Program-made: the position numbers and the translations under genes
The notes under the pieces: model-generated
The model's database searches: none
The model's input: only the letters and a program-made list of their open reading frames with translations
What the model was told of the DNA's origin: nothing
Shown here: piece by piece, positions 19,058-27,265 of the stretch
Layout: the number at the start of each line of letters is the position of its first letter
Position numbering within the stretch: the first letter of the stretch is position 1
Source: Acidilobaceae archaeon
GTDB lineage: Archaea; Thermoproteota; Thermoprotei_A; Sulfolobales; Acidilobaceae
NCBI GenBank assembly: GCA_027082825.1
Contig: JALWTO010000040.1
Coordinates: 77,863 to 141,862, forward strand
Reading direction: 5' to 3'
DNA: 64,000 nt

Positions 19058-19687
19058 TCAAACCTCCTTTAAGTTACCAATAACATCCTTGTAATCATCC
19101 CTTATTTTATTTAGCACCTCTTCAAAGTGCTTTGGTAAGTCCTCAGGCTTAAGACCTACATCAAGATACTTAGAAAACAGCCTCTTATACCTTTCTGGGT
19201 TTTCCTCAGAGAGTTTTCTCGCCCACTCGGCTATATGTAACCCCTTTATTCTTTCCTCAGAGGGAAGGATTTCCTCAGAATGTGGTATAGAAAGACCAGC
19301 ATCAATTCCTCCTTTTAAAGCTGAAAATGTACGTGAACCTTTCTTTGGTCTAACAATTCCTATGTCCAGAACTGCCTCCTTTACACCAACTTTTAAGGCC
19401 CTTAAACCTGCCAGAAATCCCGTTAGGTAAGCAGCACTAGTGTTCTTTGTACCAGCTTTCCAACCATAGAGCTTCGCGAGCTCTCTACTATGAGCAACGG
19501 TAATAGTTCTATCTCCTTCTATTCTTGCCTCAGACACCTGGACTATAATATACTTGTTTGTCTTCCTTACAACGAATCTAGGTTTCCCAGAAAGTATTAG
19601 CTTTATTCTCTTATAATAGTTTGTCTTCCCTTCTCTTCTTCTTCTCCAAGGAACTCTATATCGTGGTCCTTTACCCATTTTCGTCAC
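19058..19687 (-). CDS. rpl18: 50S ribosomal protein L18 (uL18)
   Basis: [25 protein letters not shown]...[17 protein letters not shown]-terminus. Confidence 0.9.
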   Translation of the reverse strand: MTKMGKGPRYRVPWRRRREGKTNYYKRIKLILSGKPRFVVRKTNKYIIVQVSEARIEGDRTITVAHSRELAKLYGWKAGTKNTSAAYLTGFLAGLRALKVGVKEAVLDIGIVRPKKGSRTFSALKGGIDAGLSIPHSEEILPSEERIKGLHIAEWARKLSEENPERYKRLFSKYLDVGLKPEDLPKHFEEVLNKIRDDYKDVIGNLKEV

Positions 19688-20155
19688 CTAAACCCTGGCC
19701 TTCTCCTTATCAACTAGATTATTTTCTTCTATGTATCTCTTTAATGCTGAAAAGTTCCTGAACATTCCTCCCTTTGCCCATCTATATAACTGTCTATATG
19801 CCCTTCTGTCTATGAGATCATGATCTCTTAGCCATCTTAGATATCTTCTCATTTTCCTTATTCTATATATCCACTCTCTCTTAGGGTCGTTCCTAGCTGA
19901 TGCAGGCCCTTTTCTCTTTCCTGGCCCTCTTCTCCTCCCCTTGGTTCTTTGTCTCCTTCTCTCTAACCATCTATGAGAATTGCCTTTCTTCGGCAAAACC
20001 TTTATAAGGCCCTTATTTATTAATGCCATCACATCTTTCTTTGTAATAGCTTGACTAATCTCTTCCTCATTATCAGGATCTGGATTGATCCAGATCCTAT
20101 TTTCACCCACACCAAGTATCTCTGCAGCAAGCTTACGTTGAAGCCTATAGTCCAT
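19688..20155 (-). CDS. rpl19e: 50S ribosomal protein L19e
   Basis: LQRKLAAEILGVGENRIWINPD N-terminus and a basic C-terminal half. Confidence 0.9.
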   Translation of the reverse strand: MDYRLQRKLAAEILGVGENRIWINPDPDNEEEISQAITKKDVMALINKGLIKVLPKKGNSHRWLERRRQRTKGRRRGPGKRKGPASARNDPKREWIYRIRKMRRYLRWLRDHDLIDRRAYRQLYRWAKGGMFRNFSALKRYIEENNLVDKEKARV

Positions 20156-20157
20156 CT

Positions 20158-20589
20158 CTAGACAACCCCCGCATTAGCTATTCTAAACCCCTTTTCCTGA
20201 GCAACCCTAACTATCTCTATACGCTTCCTAAGACCTACTGCAGAGGCAACATATATAATATGTTTTTTGGGATCTAGAAGCTCAAGCTCCTTGGCATTTG
20301 AAATAATCACTGGCCTGAGCCCACTAGGATGTAGATATCGAATTTCCTCAGGACTACCATATCCTATTTTGACTACTGGAGGATATCCTTTAAGCTGGAA
20401 CCTCATTTTATTGTCATTTCCCTTAGGTTTCCTCCAATATTCATGTCTTCCAAATTTCCAAAACCTCCATGAGAGGTATCTTAAAAATCTAGGCCTACTA
20501 TTTCTTATCATCCTCATTCTTCTTTGCATGGCCCTTTTCTTTCGTAACATTTTCAAAATCTCTTCTCTCTTTATGTTATTAGACATCAC
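20158..20589 (-). CDS. rpl32e: 50S ribosomal protein L32e
   Basis: WRKPKGNDNKMRFQLKGYPPVVKIGYGSPEEIRYLHPSG core. Confidence 0.9.
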   Translation of the reverse strand: MMSNNIKREEILKMLRKKRAMQRRMRMIRNSRPRFLRYLSWRFWKFGRHEYWRKPKGNDNKMRFQLKGYPPVVKIGYGSPEEIRYLHPSGLRPVIISNAKELELLDPKKHIIYVASAVGLRKRIEIVRVAQEKGFRIANAGVV

Positions 20590-21143
20590 TCAATCACCTC
20601 TCTGGCATAAATATAAATGCCATCCATAAATTTTCTCCTATCTAGATCTTTAATCTTGGTTGCCCTCTCTATATTTGCTGCTGTCTGGGCTACTTTCTCT
20701 ATGTCAATTCCTTCTACAAAAATATCCTGACCTTGAACCTTCACTTTAACACCTGGCATTATGTCAGCGATCCTTGATGACCTTTCACCTAAGAAATTTG
20801 ACACTATAACCTTGTTTCCTTTAATACTCACACTAAGCGGGAAGTGACTATAGATTATCTTTAATTTATATCTAAATCCTCTTGTGACACCTAGAATCAT
20901 ATTTCTTACATGTGCAGCTATTGTTCCGACTAATGCCCTTTTTCTAGTGTTAGCAAAGTAAGCTTCTACAACAAACTTATTATTTATGACACTCATGACT
21001 ATTCCTTTTGCATGCGAAAAATCTCTCTCTAATGTTCCCTTTGGACCTTTAACTGTAACTTTTGCATCCTCTATTTTAATTTCAACTCCATTAGGAATTT
21101 CAACTTCTTTGATCACATGGACGTCCTTCGCCAATCCTTGCAC
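20586..21143 (-). CDS. rpl6: 50S ribosomal protein L6 (uL6)
   Basis: 185 aa with a GTG start. IPNGVEIKIEDAKVTVKGPKGTLERDF is typical of uL6. Confidence 0.9.
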   Translation of the reverse strand: MQGLAKDVHVIKEVEIPNGVEIKIEDAKVTVKGPKGTLERDFSHAKGIVMSVINNKFVVEAYFANTRKRALVGTIAAHVRNMILGVTRGFRYKLKIIYSHFPLSVSIKGNKVIVSNFLGERSSRIADIMPGVKVKVQGQDIFVEGIDIEKVAQTAANIERATKIKDLDRRKFMDGIYIYAREVIE

Positions 21144-21309
21144 CCCAGTGCCGCTACTTTCCTTGCCTCCATTAAGCCACCTGCATCTCTGGGTTGATAA
21201 AGGTAGCGATCTGAGAGTGTCATAAGAGACTCAAAACGGACACCAAAGAATAACAAACATAAACAGAATCAAATGTAGTAATACGAATTCTGATTGAACT
21301 CATAAATAA

Positions 21310-21711
21310 TCAATACACAAAAGCTAAGAGCATACCTCCTATTCTATGTCGTATTGCCTCTCTATGACTCATAACTCCCTTACTTGTCGAGATTATTAAC
21401 AGGCCTATGTCCCTACTTGCCAAATACTTTCTTAACCATTCAGGCATCTTCTCGAGCTCTCTATAACTTACTGGAAATCTTGGCTTAATTACACCTACCT
21501 TATTTATCCTTCCTAGAAGCTCTACTCTGATCTTTCCCCATCTGCCATCATCTATATATTCATAATTACCTAGATAGCCTTCTCTATGAAGAACACCTAA
21601 AACTGCAAGTATCAACTTCGATGCTGGCATAATTACAGCTTCCTTCTTGCCCCTTGTCTCAGCATTATATATCGTAGCCAGTGCATTTGCCAATGTATCT
21701 AGCATAACCAT
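21310..21711 (-). CDS. rps8: 30S ribosomal protein S8 (uS8)
   Basis: [16 protein letters not shown]-terminus and [10 protein letters not shown]-terminus. Confidence 0.9.
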   Translation of the reverse strand: MVMLDTLANALATIYNAETRGKKEAVIMPASKLILAVLGVLHREGYLGNYEYIDDGRWGKIRVELLGRINKVGVIKPRFPVSYRELEKMPEWLRKYLASRDIGLLIISTSKGVMSHREAIRHRIGGMLLAFVY

Positions 21712-21719
21712 TCTCTAAC

Positions 21720-21884
21720 TCACCTATACTTCTTAAATCCTAATAGCTCAGCAACCTCTCTGAAGCACTGCCTACATAAATACAGACCATATTTCTGTAT
21801 TACTGCATCCCTAGTCCCACATCTCTGACACTTCTGGGCTCCTCTTCCCATCAGCCTAGGTTTAGGAGGCCTGTACTTGGCCAT
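21720..21884 (-). CDS. rps14: 30S ribosomal protein S14 (uS14, zinc-ribbon type)
   Basis: Absent from the ORF track because it is under 60 aa. Reverse translation gives [54 protein letters not shown] (54 aa) with CxxC...CxxC. It sits in the canonical slot between L5 and S8. Confidence 0.9.
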   Translation of the reverse strand: MAKYRPPKPRLMGRGAQKCQRCGTRDAVIQKYGLYLCRQCFREVAELLGFKKYR

Positions 21885-21891
21885 CTTTTCT

Positions 21892-22512
21892 TCACCTCCC
21901 CACCCAAGTTACGCCTAGGAGCTGACTTAATAGAATCATCGTTTCTTCAGGTTTTACTCTGTGCCTTTCGGGTATATGTTCCCTTTTTGTTCTCTTTCTT
22001 CTTGCTATCCTATATCCTGGCCTCTCAACAGTTATTGCCACATCCATACCTAGAATTCCTATTTCTGGATCGTATTTTACACCAGGAATCAGTATATGTT
22101 CTTCTATTCCAAAGGACACATTCCCATGAGCATCAATACTTGATGTCTTAATCCTCCTTCCAACAGCTTCAAATGCTTTATTTAGAAACTCTATAGCCTT
22201 TTCTTTCCTCAAAGTTACCATCACTGCTATGTTCTCGCCTTTTCTGATTCCAAAAGCCCTTATGGTTCTCTTAGCCTTTCTAAAGATGGGTTTTTGACCA
22301 GTAATCTCCTCAAGAACCTTTGCTGCCTTAGCTAACCTCTCTCCACCTTCACCCAAACTCATATTTACGGTAACCTTTACTATTCTTGGTATTAACATTG
22401 GACTCTTGGACCACATTTCCACAATCTCCTTTATTTTCTCTTCTGGCAACGAAGTTTTTTCTTTTAAATCCTTAACATTAACATCTAAAAATTCTTGCAC
22501 GTTCATTTCCAA
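21892..22512 (-). CDS. rpl5: 50S ribosomal protein L5 (uL5)
   Basis: 206 aa. [19 protein letters not shown] and [18 protein letters not shown] segments. Confidence 0.9.
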   Translation of the reverse strand: MEMNVQEFLDVNVKDLKEKTSLPEEKIKEIVEMWSKSPMLIPRIVKVTVNMSLGEGGERLAKAAKVLEEITGQKPIFRKAKRTIRAFGIRKGENIAVMVTLRKEKAIEFLNKAFEAVGRRIKTSSIDAHGNVSFGIEEHILIPGVKYDPEIGILGMDVAITVERPGYRIARRKRTKREHIPERHRVKPEETMILLSQLLGVTWVGR

Positions 22513-23267
22513 GCACCCTTCGGAAGACTTATAACAGGCTTGTCTTTACCTATAACTAGAACATAGCTAAGCACTGTTTGAAATAGATTACCCTCTTTAT
22601 CTTCAAGAGTTACCAGGCTTCTCTGCCAACCCCATCCTCTCTGGATATTTCTTATTATACCTACCCTTCCAACGTTTCTTCCAGCAAATACTATAACCAA
22701 AGATCCTTCTGAAAAGGGTATATGATTGACTATCTTCTGCTCTGGAACTCTTAAGACAACTGTATCTAAAGTTTTGTAGTTGTCCTCTACAGGTTTTTTA
22801 GAATCTTTAACTTTAATTATCTGATTTCTTCCGTCCTGAAGATTCAGTTGAATATGACCTCCTTTTACAGTTGTCTTATTTTCTATTCTAACAGGCTTCA
22901 CATTAGGTTCATTCTTAGGTAACGGATGTAACTTAAAGAAAGAGACAGGATATGGAACAAATCTATATCTTTCACCAGAATCAATTACCTCTATTATGTC
23001 CATAAGACCGATAGGAAACTTATAATCTTTTCTGATACGCCCATCGACCTTAAAGCTGCCTTGAGCTATAAGCTTTCTAGCCTCTCTAGCTGTCTTTGCA
23101 TAACCAAGAACATCTCTGATAACTAGTAAAAGAGGAAGACTTAGTTCAGCTACATGTGGTCCAGGTCTAGGCTTTACGGTCCATTTATATTTCTTTCTTA
23201 AAATAGGCCAAAAAGTCGGTGCAGCCAGTGCCTTAAGTCTTTTTTGACCTCCCATTCTGGCCATCAC
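22503..23267 (-). CDS. rps4e: 30S ribosomal protein S4e
   Basis: [34 protein letters not shown]-terminus. Confidence 0.9.
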   Translation of the reverse strand: MMARMGGQKRLKALAAPTFWPILRKKYKWTVKPRPGPHVAELSLPLLLVIRDVLGYAKTAREARKLIAQGSFKVDGRIRKDYKFPIGLMDIIEVIDSGERYRFVPYPVSFFKLHPLPKNEPNVKPVRIENKTTVKGGHIQLNLQDGRNQIIKVKDSKKPVEDNYKTLDTVVLRVPEQKIVNHIPFSEGSLVIVFAGRNVGRVGIIRNIQRGWGWQRSLVTLEDKEGNLFQTVLSYVLVIGKDKPVISLPKGAWK

Positions 23268-23812
23268 TCTTCACCTCCTATATCAGCTTTTTCAGATTGA
23301 ACCCCTTCCTGTGAAGGAACAGATCCTGGAGTGCTAGAAGAGCCCTCTGAGACTTCTTCCTTTTCTTCTTCTTTCTCAGATACCTTTTCAGATTCCTCAG
23401 AGGCGACCTCCTCCTCTATCACTTTTTCAACCTCTTCTACTTTGGCTCCACGTCTTTCAAGGATTCTTCTTCTCCAAGGATCCTTTAAATTTAATTCAAT
23501 AATCATGACATTTGAAGGATGTATAGGTTTAAACACGGGAGTGGCATCTGCTCTCTTTATTGTAGCACCTTCAACATAAACCCTGAGATCTCTCAGATCA
23601 ACTTTAACCACTTTACCTTCATGACCTTTAAAGTCCCCCCTCATAATAATTACCTTGTCTCCATTATGTATTGGTAAATTTCTGACACCAAACCTGTCTC
23701 TTAATTCAGGGCTTAGAGGTGCAGACATAAGCTTTTGTCTTATGTGTAAAGAAGCATTATATAATGCCTTTCTTTGTTTCCTAGGTTGTTTACTTAATGA
23801 AAGCCTAGCCAA
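23264..23812 (-). CDS. rpl24: 50S ribosomal protein L24 (uL24) with a long acidic C-terminal extension
   Basis: KOW core [21 protein letters not shown]. The last ~60 aa are E/S/K-rich ([35 protein letters not shown]...). Confidence 0.9.
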   Translation of the reverse strand: MARLSLSKQPRKQRKALYNASLHIRQKLMSAPLSPELRDRFGVRNLPIHNGDKVIIMRGDFKGHEGKVVKVDLRDLRVYVEGATIKRADATPVFKPIHPSNVMIIELNLKDPWRRRILERRGAKVEEVEKVIEEEVASEESEKVSEKEEEKEEVSEGSSSTPGSVPSQEGVQSEKADIGGEE

Positions 23813-23823
23813 TCATTACCACC

Positions 23824-24246
23824 TCATACAATCATAGTTGCCATTTTTGCTATTCTAGGCCATCTTTCAGCGGCCTCTCTTGCAACAGGCCCTCTTATTT
23901 CGCTACCCTTGGGTGTTCCGTCAGGATTTATCAGAACAACTGCATTATCCTCAAAAGCAACCCAGGTCCCATCAGACCTTCTGAAAGGCCTTCTTTGACG
24001 TACAACCACAGCATAAGAAACCTGCCTTCTAACCTGAGGTGTTCCTTTCTTTACAGTAACAACTACTAGATCGCCTACACCAGCCTTTGATAACTCCCTT
24101 AACCTAGTTTTATAAAGAGGAACGTTTATAACCATGACTTCTTTTGCCCCACTATTATCTGCAACACCAACGTAACTACCTACTTGAAGACCTGTATTAA
24201 CACCAAAGCGCGACAGTACTGCACCATATTTCTTCTTTTTGGGCAA
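23824..24246 (-). CDS. rpl14: 50S ribosomal protein L14 (uL14)
   Basis: [24 protein letters not shown] core. Confidence 0.9.
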   Translation of the reverse strand: MPKKKKYGAVLSRFGVNTGLQVGSYVGVADNSGAKEVMVINVPLYKTRLRELSKAGVGDLVVVTVKKGTPQVRRQVSYAVVVRQRRPFRRSDGTWVAFEDNAVVLINPDGTPKGSEIRGPVAREAAERWPRIAKMATMIV

Positions 24247-24308
24247 CCCTTAAACCCCCTGCAACCCATACATGCTAGCATTCCTCCAGAGATTTAATAA
24301 TTGGATCT

Positions 24309-24680
24309 CTAGCTACTAGCCTCCCTCTTCACACCTAATACCACAAACTTAACCGTCTTTGATATAGGCCTTGTTTCTCCTACTACAACAACATCGCCAT
24401 CTTTTACATTTATACAGGGTGGCACGTGTGCATGTACCTTCCTGCTTCTCTTTTCATACCTTTTATACTTCTTCGCATAATAGATATAATCATACCTAAC
24501 GATGGCAGTTCTATGAGCTCTAAATTTCTCTATTATTCCTTCAAAAATTACCCCCCTAACTCTTAATGTCCCATGCCAAGGACAATTGGGGTCGTCACAG
24601 ACCTTCTCTGGAGGGCTTATTCCTGATATCTTCAAATTCTTTACTTTCTTCTTTACCTTATTTAATGCTGGCACACCCAC
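24309..24680 (-). CDS. rps17: 30S ribosomal protein S17 (uS17)
   Basis: CDDPNCPWHGTLRVRGVIFEGIIEKFRAHRTAIV and GDVVVVGETRPISKT. Confidence 0.9.
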   Translation of the reverse strand: MGVPALNKVKKKVKNLKISGISPPEKVCDDPNCPWHGTLRVRGVIFEGIIEKFRAHRTAIVRYDYIYYAKKYKRYEKRSRKVHAHVPPCINVKDGDVVVVGETRPISKTVKFVVLGVKREASS

Positions 24681-24850
24681 ATCACCTAAAGCATTCCTCC
24701 TCTCACAGTACTTTTAACTGTTTTAATTAGTTTTGGATCCAGTCAAAATAGAGATATAATTTTAAACATTGATGTCGTCTCAAACTCCTCTTACTAATTA
24801 TGAAAGATGGATCCAAGCTAATAAGCTTGGACAACCACTAGAGCAATATT

Positions 24851-25144
24851 CTAGTATCTTGACAAAACCCGAAATAACTTTTTTGCTCTATCCGCAGGAT
24901 TACCTAACAGATCCTCCCCCATTATTTCAACTTTTCTATCATAAAGCTCAAAGCAAAAAATCGAACCTGCCTTTAGAATCGTTATCCTCCTCCCATTATC
25001 TAATCTTTGTAAAATAAACGACCTTGTAGTTTCCCATAAGACAATACCCTCTAGCCCTTCTAGGGAAGAATCTAGACCTCTTAGAATCTTTACTTTAAGC
25101 CCTATTAATTCATGGTACTTAAGGTTTGTAGGTTTTCTTTTCAT
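24851..25144 (-). CDS. rnp1: RNase P protein component 1 (Rpp29/Pop4)
   Basis: 97 aa. HELIGLKVKILRGLDSSLEGLEGIVLWETTRSFIL is an Sm-like Rpp29 core, in the canonical position between L29 and S17. Confidence 0.75.
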   Translation of the reverse strand: MKRKPTNLKYHELIGLKVKILRGLDSSLEGLEGIVLWETTRSFILQRLDNGRRITILKAGSIFCFELYDRKVEIMGEDLLGNPADRAKKLFRVLSRY

Positions 25145-25368
25145 CTTTTTTCCTTAGAACTTAACTCTTCCTCTCTAATAATAGTTAATAGCCTAGCTAT
25201 ATTCTTTCTAAATTCTCTTAGCTTTCCTGGGTTATCCAAAGCCCCTGTTGAAGCTTTATATCGCAATGTAACAAGCTCCCTTCTCCACTCATCTAACAAC
25301 TTTTTCCTATCGTTCAAGCTCATCTCTCTAAGATCTGAAATCCTAACCTTGTACTTTGCCACCTTCAT
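25141..25368 (-). CDS. rpl29: 50S ribosomal protein L29 (uL29)
   Basis: 75 aa. ISDLREMSLNDRKKLLDEWRRELVTLR. Confidence 0.85.
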   Translation of the reverse strand: MKVAKYKVRISDLREMSLNDRKKLLDEWRRELVTLRYKASTGALDNPGKLREFRKNIARLLTIIREEELSSKEKR

Positions 25369-26080
25369 CCACCTCTTTAACTTCTAAAGTCTCAAGCTCA
25401 TGATCTTCCTTATTTTCTTCATTCCCCTCTTCTGTAGCAGTGCTCATCTCTTCTCTTATTCTTCTAACTATATCCTCCACTTCTTCAGGACTCTTTATTC
25501 TTATATAATCTCCTGGCTCGCCTGATTTAACTATTACCACCTCGACACCTATTACTCCTTTAGGAAGCAAAGCCTGGGCTGATGCCCTATCGACAAGCTC
25601 ATCAACTATTTGCCCAGTTTTGTAAACCTTCCCTGCCCTGTACTTCTCAAAACGGGCTCTTTCTCTTCTCAATTTTCCAGCAAGTTTTATTTCAACACCA
25701 ACCGCACCATTGGCCATTATACGCCTAAGAGCAGCAAAGGCAACTCTTCTAAAATGATAGCCCATTTCTAAAGCCCTTACCATTCTGAAAGCTTGAACCC
25801 TAGCATCCAGCTCTGGGTTTTCTGGCTGAGAAACTGCTATCTGAGGACTTTCGATACCGAAAACAGTTTCAAATACCTGCTGGAGTCTTTTTATTGTTGA
25901 CCCTCTCCTCCCAATAATGAGTGCTGGCCTCTCCGCATATATATGAATTCTAGTTCCTAAACCTGTTTTTATAATATTCACACCACTGTAACCAGCTGCA
26001 TAAAAGTTCTGAGCCAAATATTCATCTATTTTAGCCCTAAGAAGACCCTGTTCCAGGAATAGCCTAATTATCCTGCCCAA
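25343..26080 (-). CDS. rps3: 30S ribosomal protein S3 (uS3)
   Basis: 245 aa. KH domain IHIYAERPALIIGRRGSTIKRL, plus an acidic C-terminal tail. Confidence 0.9.
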   Translation of the reverse strand: MGRIIRLFLEQGLLRAKIDEYLAQNFYAAGYSGVNIIKTGLGTRIHIYAERPALIIGRRGSTIKRLQQVFETVFGIESPQIAVSQPENPELDARVQAFRMVRALEMGYHFRRVAFAALRRIMANGAVGVEIKLAGKLRRERARFEKYRAGKVYKTGQIVDELVDRASAQALLPKGVIGVEVVIVKSGEPGDYIRIKSPEEVEDIVRRIREEMSTATEEGNEENKEDHELETLEVKEVDEGGKVQG

Positions 26081-26091
26081 TGTTCTCTACC

Positions 26092-26562
26092 TCACTCCTC
26101 TCTTACTATTATCTCAACATGACTTCTAATCTTGTTCTTTGGAGTCGTTCTACCAAAAGCCCTGGGCATCCATCTCTTTAAAACCATCCCTTTATGTGCT
26201 GCAACCATAACTATTCTTAACCTATCAGGATCTAGCCCCTTATCTTCAGCATTATTCTCAACATTATCTAAAAGCCTCAACATATACCTCGCTGCTTTTA
26301 CTGGATAACGTCCTGCTGGCCAGCCCCATCTGTCTGCTAGACCTCTTCTGTGAGCCTGTTTTCTATGAGCTTTTCTGAAAGGTACCGCTTCTCTTTTTTC
26401 AATCACGGCCTGTAAAAACTTCTTAGCCTTATCTACCTTCATACCTTTTATAGCCTCAGCTACCTCTCTCATAACTTTAGGATGCACAGGTACATCCCAT
26501 AACATTGCCTTAGCCATATTACTCTCATCTCTAAATTTCATTGAATAGCCCCATCTTGGCAT
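26092..26562 (-). CDS. rpl22: 50S ribosomal protein L22 (uL22)
   Basis: 156 aa. AKAMLWDVPVHPKVMREVAEAIKGMKVDKAKKFL. Confidence 0.9.
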   Translation of the reverse strand: MPRWGYSMKFRDESNMAKAMLWDVPVHPKVMREVAEAIKGMKVDKAKKFLQAVIEKREAVPFRKAHRKQAHRRGLADRWGWPAGRYPVKAARYMLRLLDNVENNAEDKGLDPDRLRIVMVAAHKGMVLKRWMPRAFGRTTPKNKIRSHVEIIVREE

Positions 26563-26578
26563 GAAACATCACACCTCT

Positions 26579-27019
26579 CTACTTTCCTATATGTAAGCTA
26601 CTTCTGGTAGCCTTTAGACCTGGTTCTCCATGCTGAACTATCTTAACAGTCAGGCTGAATTCACCTAAGTAATGACCTATCATCCATGGATTTACCTTTA
26701 CTGGCACAAATTCTCTTCCATTATAGACAGCTATGGTAAGACCTATCATTTCAGGTAATATAACCATATCCCTTACGTGGGTCTTTATAACAGGGAGTTT
26801 CTTCACCTTCCCGGATACATACTTTTTCTTAGCCTTTCTTACCTTAGCTAGAAGCCTCCTCTGAGCTGGTGTAAAGCCTCTGAGAACACTTCTTCTCTGT
26901 CTAGCTGGAAAGAGCTTAGCCAGATCCTCTAAACCCATTGAAAGTAACTCCTCTAAAGTCTTGCCACGATATCGGAACCTCTTCCATTCCGGTGGAATTT
27001 CATCAAGTATTTCAGGCAA
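26579..27019 (-). CDS. rps19: 30S ribosomal protein S19 (uS19)
   Basis: 146 aa. [32 protein letters not shown]. First gene of the operon here, with GGAGGGGAT SD upstream. Confidence 0.9.
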   Translation of the reverse strand: MPEILDEIPPEWKRFRYRGKTLEELLSMGLEDLAKLFPARQRRSVLRGFTPAQRRLLAKVRKAKKKYVSGKVKKLPVIKTHVRDMVILPEMIGLTIAVYNGREFVPVKVNPWMIGHYLGEFSLTVKIVQHGEPGLKATRSSLHIGK

Positions 27020-27156
27020 ACTCTAGATCCCCTCCTGTAAGCCTAGACATTGGCAGCGACACCTTGTCTGCCCAGAAAAGCACTAGTCTAGAACCTTTAT
27101 TAAGATTGTTGGTCGGATCTGAAACATAATCTTGTTCTAATCTAAAAATAATTACT

Positions 27157-27181
27157 ACTTTCGGTGAAAATTACCGAAAGT
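27157..27181. other. perfect 9-bp stem / 7-nt loop hairpin in the VWA-S19 intergenic region
   Basis: ACTTTCGGT-GAAAATT-ACCGAAAGT read directly. Lies between the oligo-T terminator of the upstream operon and the S19 promoter region. Confidence 0.5.
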
Positions 27182-27231
27182 CCTACAAACCGCCTAAGAA
27201 CTTAGATGCTGATATTGTTGTCTTTAGGATT

Positions 27232-27255
27232 AGAAAACATGAAAAACAAAAACTG
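27232..27255 (-). terminator. oligo-T termination tract after the Cas4-MoxR-VWA operon
   Basis: The minus-strand sense reads CAGTTTTTGTTTTTCATGTTTTCT starting ~10 nt after the stop at 27266. Archaeal terminators are typically T-tracts. Confidence 0.5.
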
Positions 27256-27265
27256 AAACAGCAAT

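Noticed and set aside
21144-21309. C/D-box sRNA or small ORFs (27 and 36 codons) in the S8-L6 spacer.
   Set aside because: Only degenerate box-like strings (ATGAGTT, TCAGA) occur, without the correct C-D'-C'-D spacing. The small ORFs have no SD and an implausible composition. Retained only as an unusually long, possibly structured spacer.
24735-24814. Two copies of the palindrome TGGATCCA (24735-24742, 24807-24814) flanking the internal promoter upstream of S17.
   Set aside because: An 8-mer recurring within 170 nt is expected by chance at a non-negligible rate (order 0.1-0.2), which is not enough to call an operator.
24769-25017. 82-aa plus-strand ORF overlapping the rnp1 3' half and the spacer.
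   Set aside because: It is antisense to a motif-supported gene within a tightly co-directional operon and has no translation signals.
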